Shown here piece after piece: positions 43,800-53,112 of a stretch of DNA of 53,112 nt. The position numbers and the translations under genes were made by a program. This stretch comes from a virus (lineage: Duplodnaviria; Caudoviricetes), in IMG/VR virus record IMGVR_UViG_3300016667_000843, positions 1-53,112 of that record. One strand, 5' to 3'. Under the pieces are notes generated by a model. It had not been told where the DNA came from. It did no database searches and worked only from the letters and a program-made list of their open reading frames with translations. Each line of letters begins with the position of its first letter. Position 1 is the first letter of the stretch.

Positions 43800-44768
43800 A
43801 TGGAATATAAATTTGAAGGCAAATCATTAAAAAGCGGCATTTATAAGATAACAAATAAAATCAATGGCAGAATTTATATTGGGTCTGCAAAAAGATTTAA
43901 AACACGTTGGAGCCAACACGCAGCCTCATTGAAGGCAAACAAGCATCAAAATAAGTTTCTCCAAGCAGATTATAACAAATGTGGCGCTGATGCATTTATA
44001 TTTGAGATTGTAGAAACTACTGAAGGCGATAAGAACGAACGTCTTTTGATAGAGGAGCGTTATATTAAAGAACATTATGACAATGGAAAAGATTGTTATA
44101 ACTTGTGTAATAGGGCAGTTAGTAGAGAAGGATATAGGGCAAAGCTCCCAGAAGAAACAAAGAAGAGAATATCCGCTGCCTCAAAGAAGAACTGGGAGGA
44201 TCCCCAGTTTAGAGAGAAGAGAGAGAAAGCTTTAAAGGAAGTTCTTTCAGATCCGGAAGTTAAAGAGAGGAAGCGTTTAGGTCATATACGTTCTTGGGAT
44301 GGGAATGAAGAACGCAAGGAGAAGCAATCTCGTGTTTTTAAGGATTTGATGTTGGACGCCGAATATAAAGATAATATTGTTAAAAATCTATTGGAGCATC
44401 AGCCAAAAGGACGTGAGACATTTCGTAAGAGAATGGAAGAGGACGTTGCATTAAAAGAGAAATATCAAACGGATGGTAAAATAAAGGCGGATATTATTAA
44501 CAAAAGATATTTGGAAGATCCGGATTTTAAAAAGAAGATGGATGAAGCAAGCGTTCGGAATATACAAGAATATAACAAGCGTAAGATGGAAGAGATGGAA
44601 GTAAAAGCTCCACTAATATCTCCAGATGGAGTTGTATATGATCAGATTAAGAACTTGAATGAGTTTGCCAAAGAGCATGGGTTAGATAGTAGTAGTTTAT
44701 ACAAGGTATATAAGGGCAAACTTAAGAGTGTTCGTGGTTGGAAACTATTTATTGATTGTTCCCCCTGA
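43800..44768 (+). mobile_element. Free-standing GIY-YIG homing endonuclease (Seg-like)
   Basis: SGIYKI.N...IYIGSA...RW..H...H.N..LQ; C-terminal NUMOD-like HTH. Confidence 0.9.
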
Positions 44769-44809
44769 TTTGTTTGATAAATGGAACGCTACCAATTAAA
44801 GAAGCACAT

Positions 44810-45892
44810 ATGAACTTATTAAAAGAATATATCCGCCTTATAATCAAGGAAGAGTTAGAAGAAGATATTGATATCCAAAAACTATCTCCTAACATGGTTG
44901 GGATATATTCTTTTGCTCAAGCTATAAACAAGCTGATATATGAAGGCAACGCTTTGCCTGGAGCTGTTCCTATTGATATTATAGATGCCGGTGAACAACT
45001 AAAATCTGTTCCAATGACAACAGATACAGAGCGTAAAGGCGGAATGAGTTTTCAATATAGCGGCAATAGCTTCAAACTATATCTTAATCCAACAACAGAG
45101 TATCCAGGCATGAGTGGTAGCGACGAAACTCATGACATTGTTCATGCTTTCACAGCTAATATTGCCAAAGCTTTTGGAAGAAGAAGGCAGTCGGTTGAGA
45201 AGACCGGTCAATATAAAATATCTCCATCAAGATTTAATAAAATAACCATTGATCACAAAGTAAAGGATCAAATCAATAGTGCTTTCCAAAAAGAATTTGG
45301 TTTTCGTTTACCGGAAGAAGCATTTACTCTACCTTTCAAGATGAATGCGCAGGATTATCTGGAATGGTTCAAAGAAAATTTCATGGAAGCTATGCTTGCA
45401 AAAACCAATCACGCTACGGTTCGGCAGACAGCTTATGATTTGTATCATGCAGTTACCGGCACGGAGTTCGCACCTGGATTGATTGGTAAAAAATATTACG
45501 CAAGATATCCGGATATTGAAAGAGCTTTTAGCTTTGCTTCTTATCACAGAAAAGATTATTCGTTTAATGTTGTTCCTGGTAAACCAAAATATAAACAATC
45601 TGCCGAGGATGAAGAAGAACTTGGGAACAAAATGAATGACAACATTTCATTGAAAGTCTCCAAAGGATTGCCAATTGAAAATCCAGAGAAAATAGCAGAT
45701 AGAATATTGGAAGAATATGAAGAATCTGTTGGATTAAGCGATATAGAATATTATGAATTTAAACATCGGTTTGCTACACCAGAAGTTAGATCATCAATGA
45801 TAAGATTATTCCAGATTTACAACAGCTTGTTGCAAAGATATAACAAAGCAAAAGAATACGGCGATAAAAAACAGTTCCCAGGCGTAAAGTGA
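44810..45892 (+). CDS. Hypothetical protein with LLKEYI N-terminal motif (candidate internal head protein)
   Basis: MNLLKEYIRLIIKEELEE; HDIVH zincin-like variant. Confidence 0.65.
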   Translation: MNLLKEYIRLIIKEELEEDIDIQKLSPNMVGIYSFAQAINKLIYEGNALPGAVPIDIIDAGEQLKSVPMTTDTERKGGMSFQYSGNSFKLYLNPTTEYPGMSGSDETHDIVHAFTANIAKAFGRRRQSVEKTGQYKISPSRFNKITIDHKVKDQINSAFQKEFGFRLPEEAFTLPFKMNAQDYLEWFKENFMEAMLAKTNHATVRQTAYDLYHAVTGTEFAPGLIGKKYYARYPDIERAFSFASYHRKDYSFNVVPGKPKYKQSAEDEEELGNKMNDNISLKVSKGLPIENPEKIADRILEEYEESVGLSDIEYYEFKHRFATPEVRSSMIRLFQIYNSLLQRYNKAKEYGDKKQFPGVK

Positions 45893-45896
45893 AAAT

Positions 45897-46637
45897 ATGT
45901 CAAGATTATTCATAACAAGTAGAGAGATACAGTTCATTAACGACATTACCAAAGAGGTAGTGAAAGACGTTATTGGTCAACAGATCATCTATTATCCAAT
46001 CTCTACAATGAAAACCCAGGTTCACCCAGTTTACGAAGAAGCTATAGAGAAGATATTTGAAAATCCTATCAGATTGGACGTATTGGCTGGTCAACCTAAC
46101 TGGGAAACAAAATGGAATCAGTTTGGTAATGAACAAGTCAACAAGTTTGAGCTGTTTGTTCAAGCTCGTGATCTTCTGGACAAGGGCTATAACCTCAATG
46201 AAGGCGATTTCTTCCTTTATGGCGACCAACTATACGAATTAGTGACATTCGTGCCTATTAACAACATATACGGGCAAGTAGAGTATACAACCGGCTATAA
46301 GTTAGAAGGTAAAGTAGCTCGCAAAGGACAATTTGACGTTAATATCTTTAAACAGATGCTTAAAGACCAAGGCGTCAAATATATGGACAGTAATGTCACA
46401 AAAGTTTGGCAGCAGCAACGTGGTCTTAATGAGAACATTGAGGGAGAAACCCTTGATCGTCGTCAGATGCGTGATAGATTGGCAGAGGATATGGCACCTA
46501 TTGCATTAGCAGAGGGCGCCCGCATTATTAACGTAGATTCCGATCCAGATCCAACGCATAAGCCAGAGGAAGCATCTTCTTTTGATAATAATAGCCCAAC
46601 TTACGTGGAACCGGTAGATATCTATAATGAAGACTGA
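45897..46637 (+). CDS. Head-closure/neck protein (T4 gp14-like)
   Basis: Position after the gp13-like gene; Y.E...K.F..P, FG, EGDF..YG pattern. Confidence 0.65.
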   Translation: MSRLFITSREIQFINDITKEVVKDVIGQQIIYYPISTMKTQVHPVYEEAIEKIFENPIRLDVLAGQPNWETKWNQFGNEQVNKFELFVQARDLLDKGYNLNEGDFFLYGDQLYELVTFVPINNIYGQVEYTTGYKLEGKVARKGQFDVNIFKQMLKDQGVKYMDSNVTKVWQQQRGLNENIEGETLDRRQMRDRLAEDMAPIALAEGARIINVDSDPDPTHKPEEASSFDNNSPTYVEPVDIYNED

Positions 46638-46648
46638 TATTTAGATAT

Positions 46649-47878
46649 ATGGCTGATGCAAAAGAGAACGTAACACGGCAAAACATACCACAAGATCCAA
46701 GAAATCCTAAAGATCATCTTGATAGTGGATATGAAAATCAGCCTAGTTTGGATTTTACAATACCGCCGGTTGGTATTGAAGATATAGACATAGCCATACA
46801 TCGTTTATTTGACAAGACTATTGGTTTCAACACTTATATAGTTAGTGCAGCCAAAGGTCCACAAAATATAAAGAAACCATATGTTATCTTTGCTACTGGC
46901 GAAAGATTTGCGCTAGCAAAAAGATTGAAGCCGCCTCGGGATAAGAATAAAGTTCTTATATTGCCAGCGATATCAATAAGAAGAACGTCAATAGAACAAA
47001 CACCTGACGACATTTATACAAGAGGCATGAATGGAAGAACCGGGGTTTTGACAATTAAAAGAAAACTATCTCCAGAGGATAGAGATTATCAAAATCTTGT
47101 TAATAAACAAGGTTTGAAGCACCTACAGAATGTTCTTTCTGGTTTACCAAGTTCTACAAGACCTACTGGAGATGATGCAACTAGTTTAGAAGTAGTTCAA
47201 GGCGGACTATTAGAAAACACAATTTCAAATAACAACATATATGAAGTTATAACAATACCGCAACCACAGTTTTTTACAGCGAAGTATGAGATAGTATTTT
47301 GGACTAGTTATACCCAGCATATGACGTATCTTATGCAAACATATATGACTTCATTTCTTCCGCAGTTCAGAGGTCATAAGCTCGAGACAGATAAAGGTTA
47401 TTGGTTCCTTGCATATACAGAGGATACTTTTAATAACGGAGAGAATATAGATCAGTTTGAAGGAGAGGAACGCCTCATAAAATATACTTTTAACATTACA
47501 GTAAAAGGATATTTATTAGCAGCTCAAGCTCCTACAAATGCTGTTCCTGTAAGAAGATGGATAAGTTGTCCAAATATAGTTTTTGATGTGGCTATAGCAG
47601 GAGACATACAGCCCAAAGAACATTTAGAAAGACCTCCGCAAAAAGACACAGTTCATGACGGATTTACACTCACAGATATTAATATTAATCCTGAAACGAA
47701 ACAGACGCCAACGACACAACAAAAATTTGCAGTAAACAAAACGTTATTTGATCCAATAACAGGAAAAAAGAAACGCAAGTACGTATCTATTTTAGATAGC
47801 AATCAAAAGAAGGGCGAAACTGTGTTCAACGCATCAGATGTTAAAACCCTAGAAGAATATTTAATATCACCAAAATAA
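46649..47878 (+). CDS. Tail completion/sheath terminator (T4 gp15-like)
   Basis: Directly before the sheath; LPAISIRRT, P.P......Y.I.FWT, F...VKGYL. Confidence 0.65.
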   Translation: MADAKENVTRQNIPQDPRNPKDHLDSGYENQPSLDFTIPPVGIEDIDIAIHRLFDKTIGFNTYIVSAAKGPQNIKKPYVIFATGERFALAKRLKPPRDKNKVLILPAISIRRTSIEQTPDDIYTRGMNGRTGVLTIKRKLSPEDRDYQNLVNKQGLKHLQNVLSGLPSSTRPTGDDATSLEVVQGGLLENTISNNNIYEVITIPQPQFFTAKYEIVFWTSYTQHMTYLMQTYMTSFLPQFRGHKLETDKGYWFLAYTEDTFNNGENIDQFEGEERLIKYTFNITVKGYLLAAQAPTNAVPVRRWISCPNIVFDVAIAGDIQPKEHLERPPQKDTVHDGFTLTDININPETKQTPTTQQKFAVNKTLFDPITGKKKRKYVSILDSNQKKGETVFNASDVKTLEEYLISPK

Positions 47879-47927
47879 AGAAATACGAGATTAGCGGCTC
47901 TAATTAGAAAAGAAAAGGATATAGCAA

Positions 47928-50900
47928 ATGCCAGAACAAGTTTTTAATTTTCCAGGCTATTTTGATCGTGAAATCGATCTAACCGCAAGAACTGTTACAC
48001 CAGTTGGTGTTCCTGCTGGTGTAGTAGGTGCTTCTGTAAAGGGGCCAGCATTCGTTCCATATACAGTTGGTTCGTTTTCTGATTTTCAAACAAAGTTTGG
48101 AGGTTATGATCCAAAGCTACCAGCACCATATGCTGTAGAAAAGTTTTTGCAAAATCGTTCTGCCCTCACTTTCTTAAGAGTACTCGGAGCTGGCGCAAAT
48201 ACAACTCAAAACGACATTAACGATACCTTTACAAAAGGAATTGTCAAAAACGCTGGATTTAAAGTAAGCGGCGTAGTTGGTACTGATAACGGTGATCGTG
48301 GAGTTGGAGCAGTACAATTCTTGGTTGCACGTCACCAAATTCAATCTGGAGAAAGTGCTCCTTCCGGTTTCCCAATGTTTACCGACAACAATAGCTTTGC
48401 CGGAGATCCAGGATATGCAAATCTTGTTCGTGGCGTAATCTTTACAGCTTCTGGTTCTCGTGTAATGGTAATGTCTGGCTCCGGAGAATCTTTCGATCCA
48501 CTTCTAGACGACGTTGCAGTATATTCAACGCCATCCGATAGTGAAGAACCATACTTCAAAATCGTAATTTCTACTTCTCTTGGTGCAACATTTGGAACTG
48601 CTGATGGTTTGGTTGGTATCAAAATACTATCTGCATCATTTAATCCAACATCTGATTTGTACTATGCAAAGCTTCTTAACACAGACCCATCAAAGTTCGA
48701 ACAAGAACAACATTTCTTATATGCAGATTTCGCAGTAGATGATGAAGTTGCAACAGTTGTTCAAAATACCGTATCCGGCGTATTAATCGCTTCCGGTTCA
48801 GAAAACACATCTGCAACATCAGGACTAGATACCACTCCGTTCCTAGAGCTTTTTGGTCGTTTTGACACACGTTATACAACTCCAAGAACACCAGGATTTA
48901 TTTCACAACCTTTCGGATCTACAGAATATGATCTATTCCATCTCGAAACAATCGATGATGGACAATATGCAAATGATAAGGTTAAAGTCTCTGTTCTCAA
49001 TCTACAGGCTTCAACAAATCCAGCATATCCATATGGAACATTCTCATTGATCGTCAGAGAGTTTACCGATAACGACGTTAACATGAAAGTTATCGAACAG
49101 TTCAATGATATGTCTCTAGACCCAGCAGCAGACAACTATGTTGCCAAAGTAATCGGTGATGCAAAAGCCTACTACAACTTTGACGTTGCAAATCCAGATG
49201 ACCGCCGCATTGTTCGTTCTGGCAAGTATGCAAATCGTTCCAACTACATTCGTGTAGTAATGAATCAAATGGTTGAAGAGAAGAAAACTCCACCAACTGC
49301 TCTACCATTCGGTTTCCATGGTATAGACGTTATTAATACCAATCCAACCTTTACAGATATATCTGGTTCTTCCGGTGAGCTTCGTCTTGGCGGCAGCGGA
49401 TCAGTTGATACATTTGGCTGTGAAGGAGCAATCGTCCCACCAGTTCCATATCGTTACAAAGTAACACGCAACTCTGGCTCCCTTGAAATAAGCGACGCCC
49501 GTCTATACTGGGGCGTTAAGTTTGAACGTAACAACAATAACGTAGAAAATGTTAACGTCAACAACGAAATTAACAACTATGTTTATTCAATGACAAAGTT
49601 TGCTGGTATTGAAAAGCTTGACGTACTAGTCACAGGTTCTTCAAAAGATACTTTCAATAACAACAAGTTCACATTAGCTCGAGTTGCTATTAGCGGCGTT
49701 AGCGATATCAATAATCTAACTGGCACAGTTGCTAAACAAATGAGAAAAGCAATGTACGTCCGTAACGGCGTTGTAGATCCATCTACATATGCTATTAATG
49801 GAGACATTACTCTTGCAACTCTTATTCAAGACATTCCACAACCATTAACATTCAACAAGTATAATAACTTTGCCAAGTTTACAACTGTATTCTATGGCGG
49901 ATTTGATGGTGTAAATATTCTTGATAAGCACGCTTATAGATTTGATGATCGTTCTACATCAAGCGAATCTGGCGGCGGCTCAAACGGAGTATATACAAGC
50001 CCAGGATTTAACTTCAATCAGAACGGCATTGGTATTGCAAATAATCAAATAAACTCTTACAGAGTTGCAACAGATATCATTACTGACTCAATTGCTTCAA
50101 ACATCAACGTATTGGCAATCCCAGGTCAACGTGAGCCATTCGTAACTGATTATGCTTCTGATGCAGCAACAACATTTGGTTTAGCTCTATATCTTATGGA
50201 TATTCCAAACTATAACTCTGCTGGAGAAAGAATATTCGATGGCGAAGTTTCTGGAACTTCATCATATATCGATGTACAGCAAACCGCAGATAACTTTGAT
50301 GCACGCTCTCTTAACAACACATACGTAGCATCTTATTTCCCTGATATCATTATGAATGATCCATCAAACGGAAAGAAAGTAACTGTACCATCCACAGTAG
50401 CTGCTCTAGCTGCAATCGGATACAATGATAAGGTTGCTTACCCATGGTTTGCTCCAGCCGGTTTCAATCGTGCTGCTCTTAACTTCGTATCTCTAACAAG
50501 AACAAGAGTTAATCAAGCAGAGCGTGAGAAGCTATATGCTGTAAGAGTAAATCCAGTAGTTAAGTTCCCAAATGAAGGTTACGTAATCTTTGCACAAAAG
50601 ACACTTGATGCTGCGCAAACATCTCTTGATAGCATCAACGTTCAGCGCATGGTTATGGACGTACAACGTCAAGTAATCGATGTTGGAAACAGAATAATCT
50701 GGCAACAGCTTACACCAGCTCTTTATCAGGAATTTGTTTCCAGAGTTAGCCCAATCCTAGCTCTAGTTCAAAATCGTGGTGGTTTGAGACAGTTCAAAGT
50801 TGTATGCGATGAAACCAATAATACAGCTCTTGATCGTGAAAACAACAGAATGAACGCAAAGATTTACTTGCTTCCAGTTAAGGCAGTAGAATTCATCGCT

Positions 50901-50942
50901 CTAGATTTCATAATCACAAGAGAAGGTGTGCAATTCGGTTGA
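47928..50942 (+). CDS. Tail sheath protein 1 (T4 gp18-like)
   Basis: FPG...REID, GPAFVP, FLRVLG; C-terminal PWFAPAGFNR, VNPV, INVQR, CDETNNT, PVKAVEFI. Confidence 0.96.
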   Translation: MPEQVFNFPGYFDREIDLTARTVTPVGVPAGVVGASVKGPAFVPYTVGSFSDFQTKFGGYDPKLPAPYAVEKFLQNRSALTFLRVLGAGANTTQNDINDTFTKGIVKNAGFKVSGVVGTDNGDRGVGAVQFLVARHQIQSGESAPSGFPMFTDNNSFAGDPGYANLVRGVIFTASGSRVMVMSGSGESFDPLLDDVAVYSTPSDSEEPYFKIVISTSLGATFGTADGLVGIKILSASFNPTSDLYYAKLLNTDPSKFEQEQHFLYADFAVDDEVATVVQNTVSGVLIASGSENTSATSGLDTTPFLELFGRFDTRYTTPRTPGFISQPFGSTEYDLFHLETIDDGQYANDKVKVSVLNLQASTNPAYPYGTFSLIVREFTDNDVNMKVIEQFNDMSLDPAADNYVAKVIGDAKAYYNFDVANPDDRRIVRSGKYANRSNYIRVVMNQMVEEKKTPPTALPFGFHGIDVINTNPTFTDISGSSGELRLGGSGSVDTFGCEGAIVPPVPYRYKVTRNSGSLEISDARLYWGVKFERNNNNVENVNVNNEINNYVYSMTKFAGIEKLDVLVTGSSKDTFNNNKFTLARVAISGVSDINNLTGTVAKQMRKAMYVRNGVVDPSTYAINGDITLATLIQDIPQPLTFNKYNNFAKFTTVFYGGFDGVNILDKHAYRFDDRSTSSESGGGSNGVYTSPGFNFNQNGIGIANNQINSYRVATDIITDSIASNINVLAIPGQREPFVTDYASDAATTFGLALYLMDIPNYNSAGERIFDGEVSGTSSYIDVQQTADNFDARSLNNTYVASYFPDIIMNDPSNGKKVTVPSTVAALAAIGYNDKVAYPWFAPAGFNRAALNFVSLTRTRVNQAEREKLYAVRVNPVVKFPNEGYVIFAQKTLDAAQTSLDSINVQRMVMDVQRQVIDVGNRIIWQQLTPALYQEFVSRVSPILALVQNRGGLRQFKVVCDETNNTALDRENNRMNAKIYLLPVKAVEFIALDFIITREGVQFG

Positions 50943-50992
50943 TAAGAATAGTTATAAACAATAGCTAATCAAATAGAAAAGGCAAATAAAAA

Positions 50993-53112
50993 ATGACTCA
51001 AATATCCTTCAAATCAGCAGGCGTTTCAGCACGAGTAATAAACCTAACTGGTCCAACAGCAATCCAACCAACCGGTATACCAGCCGGAGTTATCGGTACG
51101 GCTATCGCTGGTCCTGCATTCGTTCCAACAACTGTTGCAACCTATAATGATTTTCAAGCAACATTTGGTGAAACTTCAAATGATGTGTACAATGGTCCTC
51201 TTGCAGTATCTGAATGGCTTCGAAATGCACAAGCAGCAACTTTCATAAGAGTACTTGGTGCTGGTGATGGAAATAAAAGAGTAACAAACGGATTGAATAG
51301 AGGTCGAGTCAATAATGCTGGTTTCGTAGTTGGTGGTCAAATACCACAATATTGGAACGGATTTGCTGGTGAGTTAACCGCTTCTCAATATGCTACAATA
51401 GGAAACGCACCAGGAAGAACCTACTTCCTTGGTGCTGTAATGAGTGAATACGAATTGTCAGGTTCTAGTACAATCGTAAGTTCTTCAGTATTCACAGATG
51501 CCGGATTAGCTTCTGCTGCTGTTCCTGTAGTACGTGGTATTCTATTTGCCGCTTCCGGAACATTACTTACTTTATCATCTTCACTTACTCCAACAAATGC
51601 TGTTGATACAGACACAACAACTCCTGGTGGCGCCGTAACCGGTTCAGTTAATCTAAATGGTGGTTTACAAGAGTTCGTTATGTTGGTTAACGGTCTTACA
51701 AACACAGACCCATCTTACCCAACCGTTATAACAGCATCTTTTGACGTAGAAGCTCCAAACTACTTTGGATTAATCTTTAATAGAGATCCACTTAAACTTG
51801 AACAAGCTGGATATGTTCTTCAAACAGATTGGGTTATCCACCCAACATTTGCAGTAGCTACAGGTTCAGGCTTCATTAAAGATGGAGTAGCAGCAGTTGA
51901 CGCTCTAAGAGCTGATGGATTTGAAAACGTTGCATTCCTTATTACTGGATCACAAGCAAGAAATAGCGGTTCTTTGACTGCTCCTAACTACGAAAACTTC
52001 GAAGATCGTTATCGCACACCAAAGAGCCCATGGATTACATCTCAAAAGTTCGGCGGCAAGCCAGTTAACCTCTTCCGTATTCATTCTCTAGATGATGGTA
52101 TTTACGCAAATACAAAAGTTAAAATCTCTATTGAAGGAATTACTCCAAGTCTTTCTGATGTTTATCTATATGGTAAGTTCGATCTTCTTGTAAGAGATTT
52201 CAACGACAGCGACAAATCTAAAATAGTTCTAGAGAAATATGTTGGTTTGACATTAGATCCAACCTCACCAAACTATATTGCACGTGTTATCGGTGATTAT
52301 AATACCTTCTATAATTTCGATGCTGAAGAGGGTTCTTCAAAGCTTATTACAGTAGGAAACTATCCAAATAACTCAAAATATATTCGTGTAGAAGTAGCTG
52401 ATTCTGTAGATTCACAAGATGTAGATCCAAGTGCTCTACCAATGGGATTCCGTGGACCAGCCCACTTAATGACTTCTGGTTCTGCACCACTTGCAGCATT
52501 TAATGATACTGCAACATTAGACGTAGCAAATCCATTCCAGAATACTGTTCAAATGCCAGTTCCATTCCGTGAAAACCTTACAAATGGAATAGCTCCAAAT
52601 CAAACAGCAGATAGAGGATTGTACTGGGGTGTTCAAACGAGCCGTAAAACATCAGCTCTAGAACCAAATAAGAGCGCCCTTCTATTCGAATCATCAATCG
52701 CAAGCTTCGCATCCTACTTCCCAGATTTCCAACTTGATTGGCAAAATGTGGTTGTAATGGATAACGAAGGAACATTGGATACTGCTGCAAATGGTATAAT
52801 TGATGCAGACAGATTTAACAACAATGCATTCTCTCTTGAAAACGTTTTGGTTCAATATGCTGGTGCTTCAATAGCAACATCACAACCAGATACAAATCAA
52901 GATGCTCTAATCAACTGGAGATATGTTCGTGGCGGAAACATCACCCCAGATACTGTTAATCAAACAAGAGGTTTGTCAGTAGCAGATTTGGCTTTGTTCA
53001 ATGTACGTCAACTTGCAAAGTTTACAATATATCTACAAGGCGGATTTGATGGCGTTAATGTCTTCAACTATGATGAACGTTATCTAACAAATAGAGCAGT
53101 ATATGAAGAACT
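50993..53112 (+). CDS. Tail sheath protein 2 (paralog), 3'-truncated; not in the ORF track
   Basis: MTQISFKSAGVSARVINLT...GPAFVPT...TFG...FIRVLGAG; later LYWGV and GGFDGVN as in sheath 1; runs off the window. Confidence 0.92.
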   Translation, partial: MTQISFKSAGVSARVINLTGPTAIQPTGIPAGVIGTAIAGPAFVPTTVATYNDFQATFGETSNDVYNGPLAVSEWLRNAQAATFIRVLGAGDGNKRVTNGLNRGRVNNAGFVVGGQIPQYWNGFAGELTASQYATIGNAPGRTYFLGAVMSEYELSGSSTIVSSSVFTDAGLASAAVPVVRGILFAASGTLLTLSSSLTPTNAVDTDTTTPGGAVTGSVNLNGGLQEFVMLVNGLTNTDPSYPTVITASFDVEAPNYFGLIFNRDPLKLEQAGYVLQTDWVIHPTFAVATGSGFIKDGVAAVDALRADGFENVAFLITGSQARNSGSLTAPNYENFEDRYRTPKSPWITSQKFGGKPVNLFRIHSLDDGIYANTKVKISIEGITPSLSDVYLYGKFDLLVRDFNDSDKSKIVLEKYVGLTLDPTSPNYIARVIGDYNTFYNFDAEEGSSKLITVGNYPNNSKYIRVEVADSVDSQDVDPSALPMGFRGPAHLMTSGSAPLAAFNDTATLDVANPFQNTVQMPVPFRENLTNGIAPNQTADRGLYWGVQTSRKTSALEPNKSALLFESSIASFASYFPDFQLDWQNVVVMDNEGTLDTAANGIIDADRFNNNAFSLENVLVQYAGASIATSQPDTNQDALINWRYVRGGNITPDTVNQTRGLSVADLALFNVRQLAKFTIYLQGGFDGVNVFNYDERYLTNRAVYEE

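Noticed and set aside
43749-44768. GIY-YIG gene inside a group I intron splitting the neck gene
   Set aside because: The neck ORF ends with a normal gp13-like C-terminus, and the flanks leave no room for an intron core.
1-53112. Stop-codon reassignment (alternative genetic code)
   Set aside because: Terminase, portal, capsid, sheath and GroEL are full length in code 11, and no suppressor tRNA is seen.

Overview
This window is a 53-kb segment of a large, AT-rich, T4-like myovirus (jumbo/huge-phage type). The virion module comprises large terminase, portal, prohead protease, scaffold, an enlarged major capsid protein, neck and tail-completion proteins and two tandem tail-sheath paralogs. It is interleaved with accessory regions rich in translation functions: tmRNA, 7 tRNAs, class II LysRS, IF-1, a SpoU methyltransferase and GroEL. 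These regions also carry PurA, an amidoligase plus GGCT, a Flp pilin, a Cys-rich vWA lipoprotein, HNH and GIY-YIG endonucleases, and ParB/Srx-like and HAD enzymes. The most notable observations are: (1) three enzymes carry a C-terminal RWQxLAGxK tag shared with the head scaffold, suggesting a capsid cargo-loading system; (2) a tRNA-Asn has a 48-nt structured insert that splits its anticodon, next to an HNH gene flanked by a duplicated tRNA 5' end; (3) an ORF-free, multi-hairpin RNA of about 400 nt follows tRNA-Ala; (4) sigma70-like promoters sit exactly 6 nt before ATG (leaderless mRNAs), alongside a TANTTA putative late promoter and RBS-occluding hairpins; (5) two codon-usage classes are present, and the phage tRNAs match the late class. 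The Flp pilin, the vWA protein style and the TGA-biased stops point to a high-GC host, possibly Myxococcota (inference). All calls come from motif reading by eye; no database searches were run.
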